Shown here piece by piece: positions 30,196 through 41,286 of a DNA stretch of 64,000 nucleotides. A program made the translations under genes and the position numbers. The notes beneath the pieces were generated by a model. The model had not been told where the DNA came from. It saw only the letters and a list, made by a program, of their open reading frames with translations, and did no database searches. Each line of letters starts with the position of its first letter. Positions within the stretch are counted from its first letter, which is position 1. The stretch is from an uncultured Solirubrobacteraceae bacterium (GTDB taxonomy: Bacteria > Actinomycetota > Thermoleophilia > Solirubrobacterales > Solirubrobacteraceae), in contig OY969117.1 in NCBI GenBank assembly GCA_963698065.1, forward strand, positions 3,574,329 through 3,638,328. Direction: 5' to 3'.

Positions 30196-30876
30196 CTAGC
30201 GGCCCGTGTCGATCAGCCCGCGCTCGAGCGCATAGCCGACGAGCTCGGCGCGCGTGGAGAGTCGCAGCTTCTGCTGGATGTGAGAGCGATGCGTCTCGAC
30301 AGTGCGCACCGACAGGAACAGCTGCTCCGCGATCTCGGCATTGGTGTGGCCGAGGGCGATCAGGCGCAGCACGTCGACCTCGCGCTCGGACAGGTCGTCG
30401 GGCGGTCCCGGCGGCGGCTCGGAGGCGATGCGCGCACCCAGGCGCGGGTTCAAGTAGCTCTCGCCGACCGCGGCGCGGCGCACCGCTTCGACGAGCTCCT
30501 CGTCGGCCGCCTCCTTGAGCACGTAGCCGAGCGCCCCCGCACTAAGCGCCTCACGCGCGAACGCGGGCTCCTGCTGCATCGTCAGCACCACTATCTGCGT
30601 GTCCGGTGACTCCCTGCGGATGACAGGGATCGCCTCGAGGCTAGAGCCGCCCGGCATGTTCAGGTCGAGCACGAGCACATGCGGATGGTGCCCGCGCACG
30701 TAGCGACCCGCGCTGTCCACGTCGCTGGCCTCGGCCACGACTTCGAAATCGCTCTCGCTGTCGAGGAGCATCCGCAGCCCGCTGCGCACGACCGCGTGAT
30801 CATCTGCCAGGACTATTTTGATCGACGCTTGCCCGTCCTCGCTCGCGGTCTCGGCCTGCTGCTCTGGATCGCTCAC
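30196..30876 (-). CDS. NarL/LuxR-family response regulator (DevR/DosR-like architecture)
   Basis: IKIVLADDHAVVRSGLRMLL...HVLVLDLNMPGGS receiver domain. LSEREVDVLRLIALGHTNAEIAEQLFLSVRTVETHRSHIQQKL HTH. GTG start with GTGA overlap on the USP stop. Confidence 0.9.
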   Translation of the reverse strand: MSDPEQQAETASEDGQASIKIVLADDHAVVRSGLRMLLDSESDFEVVAEASDVDSAGRYVRGHHPHVLVLDLNMPGGSSLEAIPVIRRESPDTQIVVLTMQQEPAFAREALSAGALGYVLKEAADEELVEAVRRAAVGESYLNPRLGARIASEPPPGPPDDLSEREVDVLRLIALGHTNAEIAEQLFLSVRTVETHRSHIQQKLRLSTRAELVGYALERGLIDTGR

Positions 30877-31769
30877 GCAGGTGAAGGTACCGATTCTCCC
30901 TGCGGGACGGATGACTGCACCGTCGCCGCCTCGGTGACAGACCGCGGCAGGACCAGCAGCGAGCAGCGAGCGTGGCGCTCGAGGAAGTCTGAGGTGCTGC
31001 CGATCACCAGCCGACGTACCGGTCCGTAGCTGCGCGATCCGACCACGAGAACGTCGACCTCGTCGCTGAAGGCCGCCAGCTCCTCGCCCGTCAGCCCGTA
31101 GACCGCCCGACCCTCCACGCCCTCGAGCTGGCGCAGGCGCGCGCTGGCTTCGGCGAGCATCGCGTCTATGCCCTCGCCGATCGTCGGCGGCATCAGGCCC
31201 GTGTAGGCATAGGTCGGGATCGAGACGACTTCGAGCGCCTTGACCGTCGCGTGGGTCGGCTCGGCGATGCTCCTCGCCACTGCCAGCGCGCCCTTGCTCT
31301 CGGGCGAGTCGTTGTAGCCCACCCCGACCTCGGCGATCGGCTTCGGGTGCAGCGCATAGCCGCGGGCGGCCACTGCTACCGCACAGGGCGAGCCGTTGAG
31401 GGCGGAGCGCGTGTCATCGCCGAGCATCGCCCGTCCGAACGCGCTGCGCCCGCAGGACCCGACCACGATCAGATCGGCGCCCAACTCCTCGGCATGACGG
31501 TGAAGACCGCCGCCCGGCGACGCCGCCACCACGCTCACGAGTTCCGCCTCGATCTCTGCATTTGCCCGCTCGTCCTTCAGGAGCTCCTCGGAGGCCACCC
31601 GCTCTTCCTCCAAGCGGCCGGGCGTTACTGCGTGCAGCGGATGCAGCTCGCCTGGGCGTACATGGGCGAGCGTCAACTTCCCATCGGAAGCGGTCAGGCG
31701 CGAAGCAAGCGCAACGGCATCGTGACCGTTGGAGCTACCGTCAATGCCTACGAGCACGTTCTTGAACAT
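30873..31769 (-). CDS. Tandem-domain universal stress protein
   Basis: [22 protein letters not shown]... and second unit [18 protein letters not shown]...[37 protein letters not shown]. Confidence 0.85.
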   Translation of the reverse strand: MFKNVLVGIDGSSNGHDAVALASRLTASDGKLTLAHVRPGELHPLHAVTPGRLEEERVASEELLKDERANAEIEAELVSVVAASPGGGLHRHAEELGADLIVVGSCGRSAFGRAMLGDDTRSALNGSPCAVAVAARGYALHPKPIAEVGVGYNDSPESKGALAVARSIAEPTHATVKALEVVSIPTYAYTGLMPPTIGEGIDAMLAEASARLRQLEGVEGRAVYGLTGEELAAFSDEVDVLVVGSRSYGPVRRLVIGSTSDFLERHARCSLLVLPRSVTEAATVQSSVPQGESVPSPA

Positions 31770-31834
31770 CTCTCATCTCCTTGAAGTCGCTGAGGACGAT
31801 GCTAAGGGGCCCAGTGAGAGCGCTCCTCCGGAGT

Positions 31835-31848
31835 TCGCACTTGTGCGA
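31835..31848. promoter_or_regulatory. Perfect palindrome TCGCAC-TT-GTGCGA in the usp / xfp divergent intergenic region
   Basis: Read directly from sequence. It lies 65 nt upstream of the xfp ATG (31913) and 66 nt upstream of the usp ATG (31769). Confidence 0.35.
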
Positions 31849-31858
31849 CTGCGGATTT

Positions 31859-31866
31859 CTACGTAG
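31859..31866. promoter_or_regulatory. 8-bp palindrome CTACGTAG upstream of xfp
   Basis: Read directly. The TACGTA core recurs at 52006-52011 and 52354-52359, both also intergenic. Confidence 0.3.
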
Positions 31867-31912
31867 GTCGCAGGTACCTCCAACCGGCTATCAAGTGAGG
31901 AGCACCCACCAG

Positions 31913-34345
31913 ATGGTCGATCGGACTCCCGACACCACGCAGGGCCCGCTCGCCGCCGAGGAGCTTGAGCTTCTGCACGCCTACTGGCGCGCGGCCAACT
32001 ACCTGTCGGTCGGGCAGATCTACCTGCTCGACAACCCGCTGCTGCGCGAGCCGCTGGCGCTCGAGCACACCAAGCCGCGCCTGCTCGGGCACTGGGGCAC
32101 CACCCCGGGGCTCAACTTCGTCTACGCGCACCTCAACCGCGTGATCCGCGCGCGCAAGCTCGACGCGATCTACGTCGTCGGTCCTGGTCACGGCGGCCCC
32201 GGCGTGGTCGCCAACGTCTACCTCGAGGGCACCTACACCGAGGTCTACCCGCACATCGGGCACGACGAGGAGGGGCTGCGCAGGCTGTTTCGCCAGTTCT
32301 CCTTCCCCGGCGGAATCCCAAGCCACGCCGCACCCGAGACGCCCGGCTCGATCAACGAGGGCGGGGAGCTCGGCTACTCGCTGCTGCACGCCTACGGCGC
32401 CGTCTTCGACAATCCCCACCTGCTCGCCTGCTGCGTGGTAGGCGACGGCGAGGCCGAGACCGGCCCACTGGCCGCCAGCTGGCACTCCAACAAGTTCCTC
32501 GACCCGGTACGCGACGGCGCCGTCCTCCCGGTACTGCACCTCAACGGCTACAAGATCGCCAACCCCACCGTGCTCGCCAGGATCCCGCATGAGGAGCTGC
32601 GCAGCCTGCTCGAGGGCTACGGCTACGCGCCCCGGTTCGTGGAGGGCTCCGACCCGCTGGCGATGCACCAGCTGATGGCCGCCACGCTCGACGAGGTCAT
32701 AGAGGAGATCGCGCAGATCCAGCACCGGGCCCGCTCGGGCGAGAGTACGGAGCGGCCGCGGTGGCCGATGATCGTGCTGCGCACGCCCAAGGGCTGGACC
32801 GGACCCAAGGAGGTCGATGGGCTCCCGGCCGAGGGCTCCTTCCGCTCACACCAGGTGCCGCTCGCCGACCTCGCCGCCAAGCCAGAGCACCTGGCCCAGG
32901 TCGAGCAGTGGCTGCGCTCCTACCGACCCGAGGAGCTGTTCGACGAGGGCGGCGCGCTGCGCGAGGAGCTGGCCGCCCTGGCGCCGAGCGGCGAGCGGCG
33001 CATGGGCGCAAACCCGCACGCCAACGGCGGTCTGCTGCTGCGCGAGCTGGAGATGCCCGACTTCCGCGAGCACGCCGTCGAGGTAACCGCACCGGGCGCC
33101 ACCACCAGCGAGGCCACGCGCGTGCTCGGCGGGTTCCTGCGCGATGTGATGAGCCGCAACACAGACAGCTTCCGCGTGATGGGCCCCGACGAGACGGCCT
33201 CCAACCGGCTCTCAGCACTGTTCGAGGTGACCAACCGCGCCTGGGATGCGGAGGTGCTCCCGGGCGACGATCACCTCGCCCGCGACGGGCGCGTGATGGA
33301 GGTCCTCTCGGAGCACCTGTGCCAGGGCTGGCTCGAGGGCTATCTGCTCACCGGCCGCCACGGCCTGTTCAACTGCTACGAGGCGTTCATCCACATCGTC
33401 GACTCGATGTTCAACCAGCACGCCAAGTGGCTGAAGGTGACGCGCGACATCCCCTGGCGCAGGCCGATCGCCTCACTCAACTATCTGCTCTCCTCGCACG
33501 TATGGCGCCAGGACCACAACGGCTTCTCCCACCAGGACCCGGGGTTCATCGACCACGTGGTCAACAAGAAGGCCGAGATCGTGCGCGTGTACCTGCCGCC
33601 CGACACCAACTGCCTGCTGTCCGTGGCCGATCACTGCCTACGCAGCCGCGACTACGTCAACGTGATCGTCGCCGGCAAGCAGCCCGCGCTGGACTACCTG
33701 ACGATGGAGGGGGCGATCGCGCACTGCACGCGCGGTATCGGCGTGTGGGACTGGGCCTCGAGCGACGAGGGCACCGAGCCAGACGTTGTGCTCGCGTGCG
33801 CGGGCGACGTGCCCACGCTCGAGGTCATCGCCGCCACGGCCATCCTGCGACGCGATCTGGGAGAGCTGAAGGTGAGGGTCGTGAACGTCGTCGACCTGAT
33901 GCGCCTACAGCCCGAGAGCGAGCACCCGCACGGGCTTCCCGAGGAGGAGTTCGACGCGCTGTTCACCACCTCGCGACCGGTGATCTTCGCCTACCACGGC
34001 TACCCCATGCTGATCCACCGCCTGACATACAGGCGCGCCAACCACGACAACATCCATGTGCGCGGCTACAAGGAGGAGGGCACCACCACGACGCCGTTCG
34101 ACATGGTGATGCTCAACGACCTCGATCGCTTCCACATCGTGATGGACGTGATCGACCGCGTTCCCGGTCTGGCCGAGCGCGCCTCGCACCTGCGCCAGCG
34201 GATGGCCGACGAGCGCCTGCGCCATCGTGCCTACACGCGCGAATGGGGCGAGGACCCGCCGGAGCTGCGCAACTGGACGTGGCCGATCGAAGACCCCGCG
34301 CCCGACGGCTACGGACAGCGGGGCGGGACCACCGGCGAAGCCTAG
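31913..34345 (+). CDS. xfp: Xylulose-5-phosphate/fructose-6-phosphate phosphoketolase
   Basis: [57 protein letters not shown] precedes ATG 31913. The TTG 31781 extension is rejected. Confidence 0.95.
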   Translation: MVDRTPDTTQGPLAAEELELLHAYWRAANYLSVGQIYLLDNPLLREPLALEHTKPRLLGHWGTTPGLNFVYAHLNRVIRARKLDAIYVVGPGHGGPGVVANVYLEGTYTEVYPHIGHDEEGLRRLFRQFSFPGGIPSHAAPETPGSINEGGELGYSLLHAYGAVFDNPHLLACCVVGDGEAETGPLAASWHSNKFLDPVRDGAVLPVLHLNGYKIANPTVLARIPHEELRSLLEGYGYAPRFVEGSDPLAMHQLMAATLDEVIEEIAQIQHRARSGESTERPRWPMIVLRTPKGWTGPKEVDGLPAEGSFRSHQVPLADLAAKPEHLAQVEQWLRSYRPEELFDEGGALREELAALAPSGERRMGANPHANGGLLLRELEMPDFREHAVEVTAPGATTSEATRVLGGFLRDVMSRNTDSFRVMGPDETASNRLSALFEVTNRAWDAEVLPGDDHLARDGRVMEVLSEHLCQGWLEGYLLTGRHGLFNCYEAFIHIVDSMFNQHAKWLKVTRDIPWRRPIASLNYLLSSHVWRQDHNGFSHQDPGFIDHVVNKKAEIVRVYLPPDTNCLLSVADHCLRSRDYVNVIVAGKQPALDYLTMEGAIAHCTRGIGVWDWASSDEGTEPDVVLACAGDVPTLEVIAATAILRRDLGELKVRVVNVVDLMRLQPESEHPHGLPEEEFDALFTTSRPVIFAYHGYPMLIHRLTYRRANHDNIHVRGYKEEGTTTTPFDMVMLNDLDRFHIVMDVIDRVPGLAERASHLRQRMADERLRHRAYTREWGEDPPELRNWTWPIEDPAPDGYGQRGGTTGEA

Positions 34346-34347
34346 GA

Positions 34348-35445
34348 ATGCAAGTCCTCACAGTCAACGCCGGCTCGAGCAGCCTGAAGCTGGCGCTGAT
34401 CGACGAGCACGATGAGACGATCCAGGCGCGCGAGCTCGACGCCCCCGGCGCACGTGTCGATCCCACGGAGCTGCGGGAGGCGCTCGCCTCATCGCTTGGA
34501 GAGGCGGACGCGGTCGGCCACCGCATCGTGCACGGAGGCACACGCTTCCGCGAGGCAGTGTTGATCGACGCGGAGGTGGAGAAGCAGCTGCGCGAGCTCG
34601 TCGATCTCGCCCCCCTCCACCAGCCGAAGTCGCTGGCCGCGCTCGACGCCGTCTCCGAGGCGCTGCCCGGCGTGCCCGCGGTCGCCTGTTTCGACACCGC
34701 CTTCCATGCCGGCTTGCCCGCCGCCGCGGCCACCTACGCGCTACCGGCCGAGTGGCGCGAGCGCTGGCAGCTGCGCCGCTACGGCTTTCATGGGCTCTCC
34801 CACGCCTGGGTCTCGCGGCGCGCTCCCGAGCTCCTCGAAGCCGGACCCGAGCAGCTGCGGATCGTCAGCTGCCACCTCGGCGCGGGCGCCTCCCTGTGCG
34901 CCATCGCCGGCGGTGCCTCGATCGACACCACGATGGGTTTCACCCCATTGGAGGGGCTCGTGATGGCCACCCGCTCGGGCAGCGTCGACCCCGGGATGCT
35001 GCTGTGGCTGATGGAGCGCCTGCAGCTCTCCCCCGAGGAGCTGACCGACGCGCTCGAGCACCGCTCGGGAATGCTCGGCCTCGCCGGCAGCGCGGACATG
35101 GCCGAGATCCTCGAGCGTGCCCGCGGCGATGACTCACAGGCCGGGCTGGCGATCGAGGTCTACGTCCATCGACTGCGAGGGTCGATTGCCGCGATGGTCG
35201 CCGCGCTGGGGGGAGTGGACGCGCTCGTGTTCACCGGTGGCGTCGGCGAGCACGCGCCGGAGATTCGCGCCGCGGCGTGCACGGGTCTGGCCTTTCTCGG
35301 CGTGGCAATCGATGACAATCGCAACGTGGCGGCTTGCGGCGACGGCGAGATCTCAGCGGTGGGAGCCGGCGTACGCACGCTCGTGCTCACCGCGCGCGAG
35401 GATCTGGAGATCGCGCGACAGGTCAACTCTCTGCTCGGCGCCTGA
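34348..35445 (+). CDS. ackA: Acetate kinase
   Basis: MQVLTVNAGSSSLKLALID..., VGHRIVHGG, RRYGFHGLSH, CHLGAGASL, FTGGVGEHA. It is the in-frame 3-prime part of the 894-aa ORF-track entry, starting 2 nt after the xfp stop. Confidence 0.9.
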   Translation: MQVLTVNAGSSSLKLALIDEHDETIQARELDAPGARVDPTELREALASSLGEADAVGHRIVHGGTRFREAVLIDAEVEKQLRELVDLAPLHQPKSLAALDAVSEALPGVPAVACFDTAFHAGLPAAAATYALPAEWRERWQLRRYGFHGLSHAWVSRRAPELLEAGPEQLRIVSCHLGAGASLCAIAGGASIDTTMGFTPLEGLVMATRSGSVDPGMLLWLMERLQLSPEELTDALEHRSGMLGLAGSADMAEILERARGDDSQAGLAIEVYVHRLRGSIAAMVAALGGVDALVFTGGVGEHAPEIRAAACTGLAFLGVAIDDNRNVAACGDGEISAVGAGVRTLVLTAREDLEIARQVNSLLGA

Positions 35446-35452
35446 GCGAGCC

Positions 35453-36253
35453 CTAGCTGGGAGGGCAGGGCGCCTTGTACAGGGTGGTGACCGTCTGCTG
35501 GGGCAAGCCCCCGAGTTCCGCAAAGGTCACTTCAGCCTTGACCGGGAAGCCCCCCTTCGGGCACTTCGTCGGCACCCTGCCGTAGTAGACCGTTTCCGTC
35601 GTCTTGTGCCCGCCCTTCTCCTTCACGACTCGGCGGGCCGCCCCGAGCTTGCCGACGATCCTTTCCACCGAGGCATCCGGAGCACCGGGCACCGTTTCCA
35701 CGAGCGGCACCTGGACGATCGCCTTGGGCCCGTAGCCACCGCCGCCGCCGAAGGCGGTGAAGCGTCCCGTCGAGGTGACTTCGATCGAGGCCGGGGTGTG
35801 CCCTTCGACATAGAAGTCGATCCCGCCCCCGGGGGCGAAGAAGGGTTCGATCGCGACCTCCTCCGGGACCCGTTCGCCGCCGAAGACGACGAACCCGAAA
35901 GCATGGCCGGTGGGGCCCGCTCTGGAGCCCTTGGGGCACTTCGCCGGTTCGTGCTGGGTCACGAGCACGCTGTCGGGGCACGTGGGAAAACCGCTCGGGA
36001 ACAGCCTCGTCCCGGTGGGCAGCGAAAGGGTGACGCCGATCACGGGCGGGGGGTAGCCGCCATATTCGGTCCCCTTGATCGTGATTTCCCCTTCCACGTC
36101 GGCGCCCGCGCCGAGGATGTTGCCCGTGTGGGGAAAGCCCGGGATCGGGACCGCCTCGCCCTTGAGCGTTACGACCGGCGTCGCCGCAGCTGTGCCGGCG
36201 AGCATCAGCGCCACGAGGCCGGCCATGGCAAGACAGGCCGCTGATCTACGCAT
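35453..36253 (-). CDS. Secreted hypothetical protein
   Basis: GGAGGGAG then ATG 36253. Signal peptide MRRSAACLAMAGLVALMLAGTAAA. Beta-rich Gly/Pro/Cys-containing mature part with no family recognised. Confidence 0.55.
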   Translation of the reverse strand: MRRSAACLAMAGLVALMLAGTAAATPVVTLKGEAVPIPGFPHTGNILGAGADVEGEITIKGTEYGGYPPPVIGVTLSLPTGTRLFPSGFPTCPDSVLVTQHEPAKCPKGSRAGPTGHAFGFVVFGGERVPEEVAIEPFFAPGGGIDFYVEGHTPASIEVTSTGRFTAFGGGGGYGPKAIVQVPLVETVPGAPDASVERIVGKLGAARRVVKEKGGHKTTETVYYGRVPTKCPKGGFPVKAEVTFAELGGLPQQTVTTLYKAPCPPS

Positions 36254-36386
36254 CGAGCTCTCCCTCCGTGATCGACATTTCCCTACCCCCACAGCCCAAA
36301 GGACCTGGTTCAGCTGACCCGGACCATACCGGGACACAACGCCTCGCTGAGACGATTTAGGAGGCCGGCCCTCGTCGCGGCGTACC

Positions 36387-38447
<2,061 letters not shown>

Positions 38448-38461
38448 GCGGCGGCGCTTAC

Positions 38462-39637
38462 TCAGGCTGCCGGCTGCGCGCCGACAGCCTCCGGCGCGGG
38501 GGCCACAGCAGGCGCCGCGCGCATGAGCATCTCGATGCCGAGCGTGCACACCGCCAGGCTGACCAGGGCAGAGGCGACGATCGCCGTCGCCACGACCGGG
38601 GAGAGCAGGTGCTCGGAGAGCCCCAGCGAGGCCACCGCGGCGGGGACGCCCAGCTGCGCCGTCGCCGCCAGCGCCACGGGCACGCTGCGGCGCAGCGCCA
38701 GCGCTGCGAGCAGGTGGATCGCGACGTTGAGCGCCGCGAGCGAGGCGGCGAGTGCGAGCATGGCCGGGTCGCGCACGAGGCCTGCGAGATCCAGTCGCGC
38801 GCCGAGGACCACGAAGTACAGCGGGATGAAGAAGCCTTCGGCCACGCCGCGCACCTGGGTGGAGAGGCGTTTGGGTCCGCCGATCACGGCCACCATCAGC
38901 CCTGCTCCAAAGCCCGCGATCAGCACGCTCGTGCCACCCTTCACGGCGATCCACGAGAGCAGGAACAGCACCAGCAGCGAGATGCGCAGATCGAGCGCCC
39001 AGTGACGGCGCTTGGAGAGCCGGCGCACGTGGTGGATCCACTCGGCGCCGGCCAGGGCACGCGCGAGGAGCAGCAATGCGATGGCCGCTGCGGCGACGAG
39101 CAGCGCCCCGAGTGCCACGTGTCCCACACGCCCGGGCTGCAGCACGATCGGAACGGACAGGATCGTGATGATGTCCGCGAGCGTGACCTGCGCCATCACG
39201 GTCATCGCCGAGACGCCTTCCAGGCCCAGCTCCTCGAAGGCCGGCAGCAGCACGGCCGCCGAGCCGGAGGCGAGGACGACGGCATAGACGGCCGCGTGCC
39301 CGGTCCCCGCCACGGCCGCGGCGAGCACGCCGGCCGGCAGCGCGAGCACGCACACGAGCCCAGCCAGCAGCGCGCCTGAGCGCAGCGAGGCGGCGAGCCG
39401 GCGATCGCGCAGCGGCAGGTGCATCCCGACCGTGAGCATCAGCATCGCGAAGCCGACTTCGCCGAGCAGCGAGATCGTCTTGCCGCTTGGGTTGACCGAA
39501 CCGAGCACTGCGGGGCCGACGAGGATGCCGGCGATGATCTCCCCCACGACCACGGGGACGAAGCGCTTCCCGGCCAGCCCCAGCAGCGGGCCGCCGAGAC
39601 CCGCGAGCACGATCAGCGCGAGAGTTCCAAAGCTCAC
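38462..39637 (-). CDS. Cation:proton antiporter (Na+/H+ exchanger family, CPA2-like membrane domain only)
   Basis: MSFGTLALIVLAGLGGPLLGLAGKRFVPVVVGEIIAGILVGPAVLG and about 11 further hydrophobic segments. 4-nt overlap with the cydC stop. Confidence 0.8.
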   Translation of the reverse strand: MSFGTLALIVLAGLGGPLLGLAGKRFVPVVVGEIIAGILVGPAVLGSVNPSGKTISLLGEVGFAMLMLTVGMHLPLRDRRLAASLRSGALLAGLVCVLALPAGVLAAAVAGTGHAAVYAVVLASGSAAVLLPAFEELGLEGVSAMTVMAQVTLADIITILSVPIVLQPGRVGHVALGALLVAAAAIALLLLARALAGAEWIHHVRRLSKRRHWALDLRISLLVLFLLSWIAVKGGTSVLIAGFGAGLMVAVIGGPKRLSTQVRGVAEGFFIPLYFVVLGARLDLAGLVRDPAMLALAASLAALNVAIHLLAALALRRSVPVALAATAQLGVPAAVASLGLSEHLLSPVVATAIVASALVSLAVCTLGIEMLMRAAPAVAPAPEAVGAQPAA

Positions 39638-41286
39638 GCGCTCAGTATGCGGTCAAAGCCCTCCAGCACGTCGGCGTCGTGGGTGATGAGCAGCACGCCG
39701 CGCTCACCGCAGGCGTCCATCAGGTTGTGTATTACGCGCCTGGCCAGGGCGGCGTCGAGATGCGCTGTGGGCTCGTCCAGGATCACGAAGCGCGAGCGTG
39801 CGAGTAGCGCCCGCGCGAGTGCGATCCGGGTGCGCTGACCGCCCGATACGAGCTCGCCGTCCTGGCCCACGAGCGTGTCGAGACCACGCGGCAGACCGAG
39901 CGCCCACTCGTCGAGCTCGACCACTGCGAGCGCCTGGCGGAGCTCCTGCTCGGAAGCGTCGCGACGGGCGAGCAGGAGGTTCTCGCGGATGCTCGTGTTG
40001 AACACGTGCGAGTCCTGCGCGCAGAGCACGACCGCACCGCGTACGTCGGCCTGGGCGAGCTCGCGCAGGTCGATGCCGTCGAGCGTCACCCGCCCATCGA
40101 GCGGATCGTGGAAGCGCACGAGCAGCTCCGCAAGGGTGCTCTTGCCGGCGCCGCTGGGTCCCATCAGGGCAACACGCTCGCCGGGCGCCACGCGCAGCTC
40201 GACGTGCTCGAGCACCCACGACCCCGGCCCGTAGCGGAAGCTCACGTCGTGCAGGCGAAGATCGCCAGCCCCGCTCGGCGTGCGGGGATGCGGTGGGTCC
40301 TCGACCTCGGGCCTGGCGCTCGTCACCTCCTGCAGGCGTGCTGCCGCGGTCGCACACTGGCGCGCCGCGCGTGCGGCGGCGGAGAGGGGCAGGATGCTCT
40401 CGTAGGCGCCCAGCAACAGGAACACGAGCGCCGCCAGCAGGACGGGGCTGAGCGATCCGCTGTGGACCGCCGGGATCGCCACGACGAGCAGCGCCAACAG
40501 CCCGAGCCCGGTGAGCAGTTGCCCGGCGCTCGCCGCCGCAGCCGCGGCGAGCGAATCGCTGCGTGCGATCGCGACCAGGCGCCTGTCGCTCGCGCGCAGA
40601 CTCTGCACGCGCTCCTCGCCACGCCCGGCGAGGGTCAGCTCAATGGCGCCGTCGATGTCCTCGACCAGCTCGCTCGTCAGCCGTGCCCGGGCCGGGGCCT
40701 GGCGCCGAGCAACGCGCGCTCCCACCCCTGCGCTCAACGCCGGGAGCGCCAGCGCGCTCGCGGCGAGCGACACGAGCACGACCACACCGGCCACCGGCAG
40801 GATCAGCCATGAGGCAAGCGCGGCGCCCGCTACCACGAGCGCGGCCAGCGCGCCCGGGATGACCACGCGCGGGTACAGGTCGCGTAGCGTGTCGACGTCG
40901 GCCACGAAGCGGCTGAGCAGATCCCCGCTGCGCCTCGTGAGCGTGCCGGGCAGCCGCGGCGCGAGCGCCGCGAAGAAGCTCTGGCGCAGGCGCGCGAGGC
41001 GACGGAGCGCGAGGTCGTGGGAGGCGAGTCGTTCCGCGTAGCGCAGTCCCGCACGCGTTATCCCGAAGCCGCGGACGGCCACGATCGCGACCATCAGCGC
41101 GAGGATCTGCGGCCGCTGAGCCGCGCGTGAGATCAGATAGCCCGAGGTCGCGAGCAGGGCGATCGCCGCGCCCGCCGCGCCGGCCGCCAGCGCGATCGAG
41201 AGGCCGAGGCGAGCGCGCTCACCCGGCTGCGGGCGCGCGAGCGCCACGAGGGCGGGGAGCCCGCCCCGGGCGCCCTCTCGTCTCAT
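39634..41286 (-). CDS. cydC: Thiol reductant ABC exporter subunit CydC
   Basis: Six-TM domain plus NBD with Walker A GPSGAGKST, signature VSGGQRTRIALARAL, Walker B FVILDEPTAHLD. Positioned last in the cydABDC order. Confidence 0.85.
   Translation of the reverse strand: MRREGARGGLPALVALARPQPGERARLGLSIALAAGAAGAAIALLATSGYLISRAAQRPQILALMVAIVAVRGFGITRAGLRYAERLASHDLALRRLARLRQSFFAALAPRLPGTLTRRSGDLLSRFVADVDTLRDLYPRVVIPGALAALVVAGAALASWLILPVAGVVVLVSLAASALALPALSAGVGARVARRQAPARARLTSELVEDIDGAIELTLAGRGEERVQSLRASDRRLVAIARSDSLAAAAAASAGQLLTGLGLLALLVVAIPAVHSGSLSPVLLAALVFLLLGAYESILPLSAAARAARQCATAAARLQEVTSARPEVEDPPHPRTPSGAGDLRLHDVSFRYGPGSWVLEHVELRVAPGERVALMGPSGAGKSTLAELLVRFHDPLDGRVTLDGIDLRELAQADVRGAVVLCAQDSHVFNTSIRENLLLARRDASEQELRQALAVVELDEWALGLPRGLDTLVGQDGELVSGGQRTRIALARALLARSRFVILDEPTAHLDAALARRVIHNLMDACGERGVLLITHDADVLEGFDRILSA

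Noticed and set aside
31770-31912. Search for a canonical mycobacterial DosR box (GGGAC-N-GTCCC type palindrome) in the usp/xfp, kinase and cydA upstream regions
   Set aside because: I found only weak resemblances (AAGGGGCCC at about 31804, and AACCCC-N5-GGGGTT at 52018). No site matches the remembered consensus well enough to call it a DosR box, so the palindromes are reported as unassigned.
32761-34347. N-terminal 529 aa of the 894-aa ORF-track entry (32761-35445)
   Set aside because: This part is an Arg/Ala/Gly/Pro-rich out-of-frame shadow of the phosphoketolase gene. Only the part from ATG 34348 (MQVLTVNAGSSSLK) is acetate kinase.
36356-36361. Strong AGGAGG upstream of ftsH as its ribosome-binding site
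   Set aside because: It lies 25 nt before ATG 36387, with no ATG, GTG or TTG at a suitable 5-10 nt spacing. I cannot tie it to a start codon, so it was not annotated as an RBS.
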